NCBI RefSeq assembly: GCF_000011805.1
Contig: NC_006840.2
Reading direction: 5' to 3' (one strand)
Source: Aliivibrio fischeri ES114
GTDB lineage: Bacteria; Pseudomonadota; Gammaproteobacteria; Enterobacterales; Vibrionaceae
Length of the DNA: 32,000 nt
The notes beneath the pieces are model-generated. The model was not told the DNA's origin. It worked only from the letters and a program-made list of their open reading frames with translations, and made no database searches. Positions 1 through 9,414 of the stretch are shown here, piece by piece. Each line of letters opens with the position of its first letter. The first letter of the stretch is position 1. The translations under genes and the position numbers were made by a program.

Positions 1-1
1 G

Positions 2-256
2 CAATATATTATTGATACCTACCACCCTTCTTGTAATGCGGAAGAGTTTAGAGAAGGTATTATTGACTCTGTAGAGTTAGATTGGCGTAAACTTAAAGTT
101 ATCGCTTCTTCATTATCAAAAGAAAATGCTAATGAGGGTTTTGTGACATTTAAAGCGACCTATTCAGAAGATGGCCAACTGCATCAATTAAAAGAATGCT
201 CTCGCTTTGTCAAAGAAGATGGTAAGTGGTTCTATATTGATGGTGATGTAGAGTAA
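2..256 (+). CDS. ychJ: YchJ-family (UPF0225) protein, C-terminal part; the 5' end lies outside the window
   Basis: The frame is open from the window edge to TAA at 254-256. The translation ...QYIIDTYHPSCNAEEFREGI...ECSRFVKEDGKWFYIDGDVE resembles recalled E. coli YchJ (YLIKTWHPSCGA ... ERSRFLKENGQWYYIDG). A terminator hairpin follows. Confidence 0.7.
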   Translation, partial: QYIIDTYHPSCNAEEFREGIIDSVELDWRKLKVIASSLSKENANEGFVTFKATYSEDGQLHQLKECSRFVKEDGKWFYIDGDVE

Positions 257-270
257 AAGACATAAAAAAA

Positions 271-295
271 ACGAGAGCGCTTGCTCTCGTTTTTT
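271..295. terminator. Bidirectional rho-independent terminator between convergent ychJ and the NSS transporter gene
   Basis: Stem acgagagc (271-278), loop gctt, stem gctctcgt (283-290). There is a T-run at 291-295 and an A-run at 264-270 on the other side. Confidence 0.8.
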
Positions 296-317
296 ATTTT
301 CAATACTAATTCTTAAA

Positions 318-1769
318 TTAGAATTTTTTCGATATCAGTGCAGCACCTGCAATAATACCTACACCAAGCAGCATAATAGCGCCTTTGCCACTATCAAATC
401 CTGATGAAATCCCCATAAATGCAACAATTGCGATTGCCACAGGGATGATAAACTTAACTAAAGCATACCATAGACCAAACAATGGGAATTTCACTTCACC
501 ACCGTTCGTGATCTCATCTTCTAGATCTTCACGTTTCAATCTCCAACCAGCAAAGATACATACCAACATACCGCCAACGGCTAAGAAGATTTTATCTGTT
601 AACAAGTCAAAAATATCAAAGGCACCAGTATCAAATAATGTTGGTCCAACGCCACCTAAAGATAGAGAAGCAAAGATACATAAAACAGCCATTACCGAAC
701 TTGCTGTAATCACCGCTTTAACACGTGATAACCCTTTTTCATCAATTAAGTAAGACACAACAACTTCTAATAAAGAAACAGAAGATGTCAGTGCAGCAAC
801 ACTTAAACCAATAAAGAACATAAGAGCTAAAAGAAGACCGATAATTCCGCCCATTTCAGCAAATAACTGAGGTACCACAACAAATACAAGACCCGGCCCT
901 GCTGTTGGTGCCATACCAAATGCAAACATTGCAGGGAACATTGCTACACCAGCAAGAATTGCAACGCCTGTATCCATTGCTGTAACCATTGCTGTTGTTT
1001 GTACTAAGTTTTCTTTTTTCTTCAAATAAGAACCGTACGTCATCATACAACCCATACCCAAAGATAATGAAAAGAAAGCTTGGCCTAGAGCAGCCAAAAT
1101 AACGTTACTATCAATTTTTGAAAAATCAGGACTAAATAAAAACTCAAGACCCGCCATTGAACCAGGAAGCATTAACCCTTTTACTGAAACAATAATCAGG
1201 ATAATGAAAAGCAATGGCATTAATATTTTACCTGCTTTCTCAATACCACCAGAAATACCTTTCATTACAATGACGATATTTAAAAATAGATAAAAAGCCA
1301 TCCACATTAACGGTTGAATTGGATCAGAAATAAATCCACCAAAACTATCACCAATTGCTTCTGGAGCGCTTAATAAGCCCGTACCAACTTTAGCAATGTA
1401 AGCAATAGCCCAACCACCTACTACAGGGTAGAAACCCATGATCAATAGACCACTTGTTACACCGATGACACCAGCAAAGGTCCAACGGCGATCTGTAGAT
1501 TTAAAAGCACCTACTGCTGATTTTTGTGTTCGACGACCGATAGCAAACTCAGTCAACATCACACTAAAACCGATAAAAATAACGAAGAACAGATAGATAA
1601 CAACAAATGCACCACCACCATTATCTCCAGCTGTATATGGAAACTTCCAAATATTACCAAGGCCAACAGCTGATCCCGCTGCCGCCATGACAAACCCTAA
1701 CTTTGAACCCCAATTGTCGCGGGGCTTCGTAGAAGCGCTCATACCCACGTTTATCTCCAAACTATCCAT
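318..1769 (-). CDS. Neurotransmitter:sodium symporter (NSS/SNF) family transporter
   Basis: 483-aa polytopic ORF with the NSS signature near the N terminus (WGSKLGFVMAAAGSAVGLGNIWKFPY). The first ATG (1769) has no SD. GGAG lies 6 nt before an in-frame GTG at 1748, which may be the true start. Confidence 0.9.
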   Translation of the reverse strand: MDSLEINVGMSASTKPRDNWGSKLGFVMAAAGSAVGLGNIWKFPYTAGDNGGGAFVVIYLFFVIFIGFSVMLTEFAIGRRTQKSAVGAFKSTDRRWTFAGVIGVTSGLLIMGFYPVVGGWAIAYIAKVGTGLLSAPEAIGDSFGGFISDPIQPLMWMAFYLFLNIVIVMKGISGGIEKAGKILMPLLFIILIIVSVKGLMLPGSMAGLEFLFSPDFSKIDSNVILAALGQAFFSLSLGMGCMMTYGSYLKKKENLVQTTAMVTAMDTGVAILAGVAMFPAMFAFGMAPTAGPGLVFVVVPQLFAEMGGIIGLLLALMFFIGLSVAALTSSVSLLEVVVSYLIDEKGLSRVKAVITASSVMAVLCIFASLSLGGVGPTLFDTGAFDIFDLLTDKIFLAVGGMLVCIFAGWRLKREDLEDEITNGGEVKFPLFGLWYALVKFIIPVAIAIVAFMGISSGFDSGKGAIMLLGVGIIAGAALISKKF

Positions 1770-1801
1770 GCTGTGTTAATAAATTTACGCCAAAAATGTT
1801 G

Positions 1802-1819
1802 TGTACATATTTTTGTACA
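1802..1819 (-). promoter_or_regulatory. TyrR-box-like palindrome TGTACA-N6-TGTACA overlapping a candidate sigma70 promoter of the NSS gene
   Basis: Matches the TyrR box consensus TGTAAA-N6-TTTACA at 10 of 12 arm positions, and the two mismatches are mutually complementary. On the minus strand, TTGATG (1848-1843), an 18-nt spacer and TAGAAT (1824-1819) lie immediately upstream. Confidence 0.35.
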
Positions 1820-2047
1820 TTCTAAAAATTGGAATGGCGTACCATCAATTGCAAGTAAAACAGTTTAAGAATAAAATTGGAACCCCAGAGTTGCATTTTT
1901 TTAACATATGACACCTTTTTGTGTCCTATATGTTTACAATTTCATCAATAATTTTTATTTTGTAAATTTTTGCATTCCTATCTACTCTTTTCTTATCACT
2001 CCTGATTTAATAGAGATCCTCTTACTTTTTTCACTGACAGAGCGCTA

Positions 2048-3502
2048 ATGGATAAATTTTATCAAGCACTTACAATTGTTAGCTTCGTTTTATATTGGCT
2101 TCTCGTAGCAGGCGTAACAATTCGTGTTGTTTTCAAACCAAGACCCGTAGGCGTATCATTAGCTTGGCTTATGATTATTTACATTCTTCCTGTTATTGGG
2201 GTCATGGCTTATTTTTTAATTGGTGAGCTTAACTTAGGTCGAACTCGTGGTGAACGTGCACGAGCTATGTTTACGCCTTATGAACAGTGGTTTGCACAAA
2301 TTCATCATTGCCAATATCACCAACCACATTCGATTTCCCATCGTATCTCAGCGATTCACAATTTATGCTCTAATCGCCTCGGGATCCCTGCATTAAGTGG
2401 CGATACACTCTCGCTATTAAATACCCCTTCAGAAATTCTCAATGCGATTATTTCTGATATAGAAAAAGCCGAACATGAAATAAATATGGAGTTTTATATT
2501 TGGCATCACGGTGGGCTGGCTGACAGTGTTGCAAGCGCACTAATTGTAGCTGCAAAACGAGGCGTAACTGTCAATGTGCTGCTTGACTCCGCAGGTAGTA
2601 TGGATTTTTTTAAGAGTCACTGGCCTAAATTACTCAAGCAATCCGGTGTCAACATTGTAGAAGCTCTAAGTGTTAGTCCATTTCGTATGTTCTTTCGACG
2701 CCTAGATCTACGCTTGCATCGAAAAATTGTTGTGATTGATAACCGTATCGCTTATACCGGCTCAATGAACCTAGTTGATCCACAGTACTTCAAACAAAAC
2801 TCAGGTGTTGGCCAATGGATTGACGTAATGGTTCGCCTTACAGGACCTAATGTCGCTATTTTAAATACTATTCATGCGTGGGATTGGGAAGTTGAAACGG
2901 GTATTCGCGAGCTACCTCATTTACCGGAGTGCCCTGCCTCTATTGACCCATTTAATCATACAACTCAAGTGGTTCCTTCTGGCCCAGGTATGCCAGATGA
3001 CATTATTCAGCAAGTGCTTATTACTGCTATTTGCCAAGCAAGAAAATCCATTACCATCACCACGCCGTATTTTGTGCCTAGTGAGATTTTATTGCACACC
3101 TTAAGAACCACTGCACACCGCGGTGTTGAAGTGAAACTCATACTGCCTAAGAAAAATGACTCATTAATGGTGAACTGGGCATCAAAATCTTTTTTTGAAA
3201 CCCTCTTAAAAGCCGGAGTTCAAATACATGAATTTAATGGTGGTTTATTACATACAAAATCGGTCGTTATTGATGAAAGCCATTGTATTATTGGAACCGT
3301 AAACTTAGATATGCGCAGCTTCTGGCTCAACTTTGAAGTAAGTTTGATCGTCGATGATCCTGAGTTTACAAAACAATTATCATGGGTTTTAGATGGCTAC
3401 CTAGAGCAATCAACTCAAGTCTGTTTTGATACATGGCGTCATAGAAGTTGGGGAAATCGCTTTACCGAACGATTCTTCTCTATGTTCAGCCCATTACTCT
3501 AA
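2048..3502 (+). CDS. clsA: Cardiolipin synthase A (two-HKD phospholipase D family)
   Basis: 484 aa with N-terminal TM helices and two HKD motifs (HRKIVVIDNRIAYTGSMNLVD and HTKSVVIDESHCIIGTVNLDMRS). Confidence 0.93.
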   Translation: MDKFYQALTIVSFVLYWLLVAGVTIRVVFKPRPVGVSLAWLMIIYILPVIGVMAYFLIGELNLGRTRGERARAMFTPYEQWFAQIHHCQYHQPHSISHRISAIHNLCSNRLGIPALSGDTLSLLNTPSEILNAIISDIEKAEHEINMEFYIWHHGGLADSVASALIVAAKRGVTVNVLLDSAGSMDFFKSHWPKLLKQSGVNIVEALSVSPFRMFFRRLDLRLHRKIVVIDNRIAYTGSMNLVDPQYFKQNSGVGQWIDVMVRLTGPNVAILNTIHAWDWEVETGIRELPHLPECPASIDPFNHTTQVVPSGPGMPDDIIQQVLITAICQARKSITITTPYFVPSEILLHTLRTTAHRGVEVKLILPKKNDSLMVNWASKSFFETLLKAGVQIHEFNGGLLHTKSVVIDESHCIIGTVNLDMRSFWLNFEVSLIVDDPEFTKQLSWVLDGYLEQSTQVCFDTWRHRSWGNRFTERFFSMFSPLL

Positions 3503-3518
3503 AAACACATAAGAAAAA

Positions 3519-3554
3519 GCCAGTGACCTCTTTGCCAAGGTCACTGGCTTTTTT
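3519..3554. terminator. Bidirectional rho-independent terminator between convergent clsA and folE
   Basis: Perfect 10-bp stem gccagtgacc (3519-3528) / ggtcactggc (3539-3548). A T-run follows at 3549-3554 and an A-run precedes it. Confidence 0.85.
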
Positions 3555-3594
3555 AATGTTTACTTTATTGTGATATTTAACAAGATGGCTGTAT

Positions 3595-4248
3595 TTAACG
3601 AATACCGCTTAAAAACTCGTGTCTTGTCGCTGGGTTTCTCTTAAAGATCCCACCAAGTGCAGTCGTTGTTGTACTACTTGTTGCATCCATTACACCACGA
3701 GACTTAACACAATAGTGCGTTGCTTCCATAGTAATAGCTACATCGTCACTACCTAATAAGGTTTGTAAAGCCACAAGTATTTGCTGAGTCATGCGTTCTT
3801 GTACTTGTGGACGTTGAGCGAAGAATCGAACAATGCGGTTAATTTTAGATAATCCGATGATCTTTCCACGAGGAATATAAGCAACCGTCGCTTTACCATC
3901 AATTGTCACTAAGTGATGTTCGCAAGTACTGGTTAACGTAATATCATTAACACGAACCATCTCATCACAGTTCATCTTATTTTCAATCACTGTAATTTTA
4001 GGGAAATTGGCATAATCTAGCCCAGAGAAAATCTCATCCACATACATTTTTGCAATACGGTGTGGCGTTTCTTCTAAACTATCATCACTAAGATCAAGAC
4101 TTAATAGGGTTAGGATCTCACGCATATGCTCTTCGATGCGCTCTTTTTTCTCTTCTCGACTAACACCATTTTCTTTCATTGGCGTCTCAAGACCACGTGC
4201 AACAAGAGCATCACGCACTAATATGGCTGATTCACTAAGTGATGACAT
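3595..4248 (-). CDS. folE: GTP cyclohydrolase I
   Basis: Near-colinear with recalled E. coli FolE ([62 protein letters not shown]). I chose the ATG at 4248 (MSSLSE...) because GGAG lies 6 nt upstream. The ORF-track start at 4260 overlaps that SD. Confidence 0.95.
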   Translation of the reverse strand: MSSLSESAILVRDALVARGLETPMKENGVSREEKKERIEEHMREILTLLSLDLSDDSLEETPHRIAKMYVDEIFSGLDYANFPKITVIENKMNCDEMVRVNDITLTSTCEHHLVTIDGKATVAYIPRGKIIGLSKINRIVRFFAQRPQVQERMTQQILVALQTLLGSDDVAITMEATHYCVKSRGVMDATSSTTTTALGGIFKRNPATRHEFLSGIR

Positions 4249-4402
4249 CGTATACTCCAAAATTCCATAATCAATTGAACTTCGCTAAGGATACCTCCTC
4301 TATCAAATAAATACACCCTGATTTTACTAGGTCTATTAGATGTTAAAGGCCAAAATATGGTAATGTTCAATCATTATTACGATTAATGTAGAGAGTACCC
4401 TA

Positions 4403-5647
4403 ATGGATTGCTGCGCAACTCAAGGTTTAATTCCAGTAGAAACCGCTTTAGAAACCTTATTATCTCAAGTTTCTCCGGTATCAAATACCCATTCTTTAGC
4501 TCTTGCTGATGCAATTGGCTTTGTATTAGCTGAAGATATTCGTTCTCCTATTAATGTTCCTCCATTTGCTAACTCGGCAATGGATGGCTATGCGGTACGT
4601 ATTGCTGATTTAGAGCAGTCATTAACTTTACCTGTCGCTGGTAAATCTTTTGCAGGCATTCCTTTTGAAGGTGAATGGCAGCCACAAACCACTGTTCGTA
4701 TTATGACTGGCGCTAAAATCCCCGAGGGTTGCGATGCTGTCATTATGCAAGAACTAACCACTGAAACAGATGCAGGTATTACCTTCGAATTAAGCCTTGC
4801 TGATGTAAAACCGCAAGCAAACATCCGTCCGATTGGCGACGATGTATCTCAAGGCCAAACTGTACTAGCTAAAGGTCACCGTTTAACACCACGTGATATC
4901 CCGTTAATTGCATCATTAGGTATTAATGATATTTCCGTAGTAGATAAGCCAAAAGTCGCTTTCTTCTCTACTGGTGATGAACTTAAACCCCTTGGTCAAC
5001 CACTAGAAGATGGTCAAATCTACGACAGTAATCGCTACGGTATTAAAGTATTAATTGAACGTTTTGGTTGTGAAGCGGTCGATCTCGGTATTATCCCTGA
5101 CTGTCCAGAAACACTAAAAGAAGTATTCCTAAAAGCAGATAAAGAAGCCGATGTGGTAATTACTTCTGGCGGTGTAAGTGTTGGCGAGGCAGATTATACT
5201 AAAGATATTTTGGATGAATTAGGTCAGATCGGCTTTTGGAAATTAGCCATTAAACCAGGCAAACCTTTTGCTTTTGGTCAATTACCAAATTCTTACTTCT
5301 GTGGTTTACCTGGAAACCCAGTATCGGCAATGTTAACCATGTATGTACTTGTACAGCCAATGCTTGCAAAGCTTGCGGGCCATACAAAGTGGGAAGCACC
5401 AAAATCAATTCCTGCAAAAGCAACATCTACATTTAAAAAACACCCTGGCCGTACTGACTATCAACGTGGCATTTATTCTATTAATGAACAAGGCCAATTT
5501 GAGGTATCGACGACCGGTAATCAAGGTTCTGGTGCCTTCAGTTCAATGAGTATTGCCAATTGTTTTGTTGTATTAGAGCGTGAGCGTGGTCGCGTTGACG
5601 CGGGTGAAACGGTTAACATCGAACTTTTCAACGCATCACTATACTAA
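4403..5647 (+). CDS. moeA: Molybdopterin molybdenumtransferase
   Basis: 414 aa, colinear with recalled E. coli MoeA (NSAMDGYAV, RIMTGAKIPEGCDAV, SGGVSVGEADYTKDIL, WKLAIKPGKPFAFG, GLPGNPVSA). Confidence 0.95.
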   Translation: MDCCATQGLIPVETALETLLSQVSPVSNTHSLALADAIGFVLAEDIRSPINVPPFANSAMDGYAVRIADLEQSLTLPVAGKSFAGIPFEGEWQPQTTVRIMTGAKIPEGCDAVIMQELTTETDAGITFELSLADVKPQANIRPIGDDVSQGQTVLAKGHRLTPRDIPLIASLGINDISVVDKPKVAFFSTGDELKPLGQPLEDGQIYDSNRYGIKVLIERFGCEAVDLGIIPDCPETLKEVFLKADKEADVVITSGGVSVGEADYTKDILDELGQIGFWKLAIKPGKPFAFGQLPNSYFCGLPGNPVSAMLTMYVLVQPMLAKLAGHTKWEAPKSIPAKATSTFKKHPGRTDYQRGIYSINEQGQFEVSTTGNQGSGAFSSMSIANCFVVLERERGRVDAGETVNIELFNASLY

Positions 5648-5657
5648 GAGCTTATTT

Positions 5658-6407
5658 ATGAGTGAATTAACTGATAATGAAATGCTTCGCTATAACCGTC
5701 AGATCATCTTACGTAATTTTGATTTTGATGGCCAAGAAGCATTAAAAGCAAGCTCCATACTGATCATTGGTGCGGGAGGTCTGGGTTGCGCATCCAGTCA
5801 ATATTTAGCAGCAGCGGGGGTTGGTACTCTAACGCTTGTTGATGATGATACCGTTGAACTTTCAAACCTGCAACGTCAGGTATTGCACTGCGATGAGACC
5901 ATCGGCGTAAAAAAAGTTATGTCAGCTAAAATGGCGTTAAATCGAATTAACCCTAATTGCCACATCAACACTGTAGATAAGCGTCTATCTGATGACGAAT
6001 TGCGCTCATTCATTGCATCTCATGATCTAGTACTTGATGGTACTGATAATGTTGATACACGTAACCAATTAAACCGCTTATGCCACGAATCGAAGACACC
6101 ATTGGTTTCTGGTGCAGCGATTCGTATGGAAGGCCAAGTAAGTGTTTATACGTATCAAGATGATGAGCCTTGCTACCAATGCTTAAGCAGTTTATTTGGG
6201 CAACAAGCATTGACCTGTGTTGAAGCAGGAGTAATGTCTCCTGTTGTCGGTATTATTGGTTCTGTTCAAGCATTAGAAGCGATAAAAGTATTAACTAACT
6301 ATGGTCAACCTTTAATCAGCAAACTTCTTATTCTTGATGCCCTATCGATGAATTGGCGAGAAATGAAATTGGCTAAAATGCCTAATTGCTCAGTTTGCAG
6401 TCATTAA
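5658..6407 (+). CDS. moeB: Molybdopterin-synthase adenylyltransferase
   Basis: MSELTDNEMLRYNRQIILRNFDFDGQEALK matches the recalled E. coli MoeB N terminus. It has a GAGGLGC nucleotide-binding loop and CxxC pairs. The ATG at 5658 lies 8 nt after the moeA stop; the track start at 5580 would overlap moeA. Confidence 0.93.
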   Translation: MSELTDNEMLRYNRQIILRNFDFDGQEALKASSILIIGAGGLGCASSQYLAAAGVGTLTLVDDDTVELSNLQRQVLHCDETIGVKKVMSAKMALNRINPNCHINTVDKRLSDDELRSFIASHDLVLDGTDNVDTRNQLNRLCHESKTPLVSGAAIRMEGQVSVYTYQDDEPCYQCLSSLFGQQALTCVEAGVMSPVVGIIGSVQALEAIKVLTNYGQPLISKLLILDALSMNWREMKLAKMPNCSVCSH

Positions 6408-6431
6408 ATACACGTTTATTTTCAATTTGAA

Positions 6432-6467
6432 GGCGATAAAAACACATGTTTTATCGCCTTTTTTTAT
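6432..6467 (+). terminator. Rho-independent terminator of moeAB
   Basis: Stem ggcgataaaa / ttttatcgcc with loop cacatg, followed by a T-run at 6459-6467. Confidence 0.8.
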
Positions 6468-6592
6468 TTCCTAAACACAAAAAAATCCCCAATAAAAACA
6501 ATAAGAAATAACCAAGAATACTGTTTTACACACCAAAGCCAAGCCTAAAATCCCTCTCCATGTAATACACATTTAAGAAAAGTGAAATATAA

Positions 6593-6610
6593 CTGTCACA
6601 TAACTTTCCT
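6593..6610 (+). promoter_or_regulatory. Candidate Pho box (PhoB site) upstream of pstS
   Basis: CTGTCACATAACTTTCCT matches the 18-bp Pho box consensus CTGTCATAWAWCTGTMAY at 15 of 18 positions. It lies about 50-65 bp upstream of the pstS start. Flanking 11-bp phased partial repeats are present (gtgaaatataa / ctgtcacataa / ctttcctaaag). Confidence 0.45.
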
Positions 6611-6658
6611 AAAGTGACCTCGTCAACTTAATTACGGCATGAATGCCAGACAAAGGAA

Positions 6659-7486
6659 ATGAAAATGAAAAAGTCAGTAATCGGCGCACTAGCAATTATT
6701 AGTTCAGTAGTAGCAGCACCAACTTTAGCAAAGGAAACCATTTCTGCTGTTGGTTCAAGCAGTGTAACTCCACTTATGGAAGTGTTTTCTGAAACATACA
6801 TGAAAGACCATTCAAACGTATTTATCGAAGTTCAAGGCCCGGGCTCTTCTGCTGGTGTTAAAGCGGCAAAAAATGGCTCAGCTGATTTAGGCATGTCTTC
6901 TCGTAACTTAAAATCAGATGAGAAAGATCCTACGCTTAAAGAGCTTATTGTTGCTCACGACGGCATCGCTGTTGTTGTAAACCCAAATAACAAACTTAAA
7001 GGGTTAACATCAGAGCAAGTAACAGCTATCTATAAAGGTGAAGTTAAAAACTGGAAAGAAGTGGGTGGCGCAGACAAGCCTGTTGTTGTAATTACTCGTG
7101 ATACTGCATCTGGTACTCGTGGCGCATTTGAAGACATCATGAACCTGAAGAAAAAAGTATCAGGTATGAAAGTCTCAGCGATTTCACAACGAGCTCAAGT
7201 TGCTAACGGCAACGGTGCACTAAAAACAATGGTAGCAAGTAACCCATACGCAATTGGTTACATCTCTTTAGGTACCGTTGATAGCTCTGTACACGCACTA
7301 GCAATTGATAACGTAGAGCCAAGTGTTGCTGACATCAAAAACGGCACTTACAAAGTATCTCGTCCATTCCTTGTTCTATACAAAGAAGGTAAACCATCAG
7401 CTGAAGCTCAAAAATTCCTTGATTGGATGACAGCTGAAACAGCTCAAAACCTTGTTGAAAAGAAAGGCTACATCTCAGTTAACTAA
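6659..7486 (+). CDS. pstS: Phosphate ABC transporter substrate-binding protein (short PstS family)
   Basis: Signal peptide MKKSVIGALAIISSVVAAPTLA, motifs GSSSVTPL, GSSAGV and RDTASGTRGAF, and position at the head of the pstCAB genes. The second ATG at 6665 has better SD spacing (AAGGA, 7 nt). Confidence 0.9.
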   Translation: MKMKKSVIGALAIISSVVAAPTLAKETISAVGSSSVTPLMEVFSETYMKDHSNVFIEVQGPGSSAGVKAAKNGSADLGMSSRNLKSDEKDPTLKELIVAHDGIAVVVNPNNKLKGLTSEQVTAIYKGEVKNWKEVGGADKPVVVITRDTASGTRGAFEDIMNLKKKVSGMKVSAISQRAQVANGNGALKTMVASNPYAIGYISLGTVDSSVHALAIDNVEPSVADIKNGTYKVSRPFLVLYKEGKPSAEAQKFLDWMTAETAQNLVEKKGYISVN

Positions 7487-7499
7487 TTTCTACCCTATT

Positions 7500-7527
7500 G
7501 CCTGACCTGCGAAGGTTGGGCATTTTT
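7500..7527 (+). terminator. Intra-operon hairpin plus T-run between pstS and pstC (candidate partial terminator or attenuator)
   Basis: 8-bp stem gcctgacc / ggttgggc (two G-U pairs), loop tgcgaa, then aTTTTT at 7522-7527. Confidence 0.45.
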
Positions 7528-7561
7528 CCATTTCGAATTTTTCGACATGTGAGTATTTATT

Positions 7562-8488
7562 ATGACCATCGCAATGAATAATCAAAGCACAGAAAATCAA
7601 GTAAAACCATCTAACAATCCACTACGAGAAAAAAAGCGCGTGGATTGGAGAGAACGTATTTTTCACGGTTTATTTTTAAGTTGTGCTGTTATTGGTATTG
7701 TTTCACTAGCGACTATCGCTTACTTCATCATTAAAGAAAGTATCCCAGCATTTCAACAAGCTGGTGTAAGCGGCATTGTATTAGGCCAAGATTGGCTACC
7801 GCCGGCATTATATGGTGTATTCACCATGATCGTCGCGTCAATTGTATCTACTTTTGGTGCAGTATTAGTTGGTGTTCCTGTTGGTATTTTAACGGCTATT
7901 TTTATTGCAGAAATAGCACCAAAACAAGTCGCTGATATTATTCGACCTGCCGTTGAACTATTAGCTGGTATACCATCGGTTGTATACGGCTTCTTTGGCC
8001 TGGTTATTATTGTTCCATTAATTCAAGACATATTCCAAGTCCCTGCAGGTAACACCATTCTTGCTGGTATTATCGTTCTTGGTGTAATGATTCTTCCTAC
8101 TGTAATCACCGTATCAGAAACGTCTATTCGTGCTGTACCGTCAACATACAGAGAAGGTTCATTGGCACTTGGGGCTTCTAAAATATTCACTATTTTCCGT
8201 ATTCTTCTTCCTGCCGCTCGTTCAGGTATCATGACAGGCGTTATTCTTGGTATCGCTCGTGCACTGGGTGAAACCATGGCAATCATCATGGTAATGGGTA
8301 ACGCCCCAGCAATGCCTGAAGGAATTTTAGATTCAGCACGAACATTAACCGCAAACATCGCAATTGAAATGTCATACGCAAGTGGCATTCACGCCAACGC
8401 TCTGTACGCAACTGGTGTGGTATTGCTTGTATTTATCATGTCTCTTAATGGCATTCTTCTTTACTTAAACCGTGAAACGGCGAAATAA
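7562..8488 (+). CDS. pstC: Phosphate ABC transporter permease PstC
   Basis: 308-aa polytopic protein with an EAA-type loop (SLALGASKIFTIFRILLPAARSGI), located between pstS and pstA. Confidence 0.92.
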   Translation: MTIAMNNQSTENQVKPSNNPLREKKRVDWRERIFHGLFLSCAVIGIVSLATIAYFIIKESIPAFQQAGVSGIVLGQDWLPPALYGVFTMIVASIVSTFGAVLVGVPVGILTAIFIAEIAPKQVADIIRPAVELLAGIPSVVYGFFGLVIIVPLIQDIFQVPAGNTILAGIIVLGVMILPTVITVSETSIRAVPSTYREGSLALGASKIFTIFRILLPAARSGIMTGVILGIARALGETMAIIMVMGNAPAMPEGILDSARTLTANIAIEMSYASGIHANALYATGVVLLVFIMSLNGILLYLNRETAK

Positions 8489-8492
8489 GATC

Positions 8493-9350
8493 ATGAATAA
8501 ATTAAAAAAACAGCGTCAAATAAAAGACCAAATTGCTTCAGGATTCATTTGGTTATCAGCTGCAATTACTGTAGGTTTCTTATTTTGGATTATCTGGTAC
8601 ATCCTTTCGAATGGCATGCAACACGTAAGTTGGTCATTCATTACAGATAACTACACTCGAACAGGTGAAGAGCACGGTATCTTCCCTATGATAGTTTCAA
8701 CGTTATACATGGTACTTGCTTCAATTGCTGTCGCAGCACCACTTGGCATCATGACAGCTATTTACCTAACCGAATATGCAAAGGTAGGAAGCAAATTAGT
8801 TAAAGCCATTCGCTTCTGTACTGAATCGTTAGCTGGCATTCCATCGATTATCTTTGGTCTGTTTGGTATGACTTTCTTTGTAGGTATTTTAGGTCTTGGC
8901 TTCTCTATCCTATCTGGTGCTTTAACACTGAGTATTTTAATACTTCCTGTTATTATTCGTACAACAGAAGAAGCGTTAATGGCTGTACCTCAAACATTTC
9001 GTGAAGGTTCATACGGACTTGGCGCATCAAAAATTTATACAATTTGGCGCTTAATTTTACCAAGTGCAATGCCAGGTATTCTGACTTCCGTTATTTTAAG
9101 TATTGGCCGTGTTATTGGTGAGTCTGCACCCGTGTTTTTGACCGCTGGTATGGTTGCACGTATTCCCGATTCATTACTGGATTCAGGACGTACACTAACC
9201 GTTCACCTTTATAAGTTAACCACTGAATTATTTACTATCGACGAGTGGAACCAAGCTTACGGAACTGCAACCGTACTTATCGTTCTTGTTCTTGTCATTA
9301 ATACGCTAACCAAGCTATTGGCTCGAAAAATTAATAAAGCATCTTACTAA
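8493..9350 (+). CDS. pstA: Phosphate ABC transporter permease PstA
   Basis: Polytopic protein with the motif GSYGLGASKIYTIWRLILPSAMPGI. I prefer the ATG at 8493 (MNKLKKQRQ), 4 nt after the pstC stop. The track start (GTG 8472) overlaps pstC. Confidence 0.9.
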   Translation: MNKLKKQRQIKDQIASGFIWLSAAITVGFLFWIIWYILSNGMQHVSWSFITDNYTRTGEEHGIFPMIVSTLYMVLASIAVAAPLGIMTAIYLTEYAKVGSKLVKAIRFCTESLAGIPSIIFGLFGMTFFVGILGLGFSILSGALTLSILILPVIIRTTEEALMAVPQTFREGSYGLGASKIYTIWRLILPSAMPGILTSVILSIGRVIGESAPVFLTAGMVARIPDSLLDSGRTLTVHLYKLTTELFTIDEWNQAYGTATVLIVLVLVINTLTKLLARKINKASY

Positions 9351-9414
9351 AATATAACGCTATCAAATTAAATCAGTGGCACGACAATAAGTTGCGGCTG
9401 ATAAGGAAAATACA

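Noticed and set aside
385-1050. ORFs 385..753 (+) and 856..1050 (-) from the six-frame track
   Set aside because: Both are embedded in, antisense to or out of frame with the strongly supported NSS transporter gene. Their composition is low-complexity and neither has an SD.
4261-4402. Possible Moco riboswitch or other leader element upstream of moeA
   Set aside because: I could not find the conserved Moco-motif features. The region is short and AT-rich with only promoter-like content, and in enterobacteria the known Moco RNA precedes moaA, not moeA.
2874-6210. Track ORFs 2874..3104, 4588..4824, 5343..5549 and 6010..6210
   Set aside because: Each lies wholly inside clsA, moeA or moeB in another frame or on the other strand. 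The host genes are colinear with well-known homologues, so these are shadow ORFs.
8023-8388. 121-aa antisense ORF inside pstC
   Set aside because: It is a shadow ORF of a conserved permease gene, with no independent signals.
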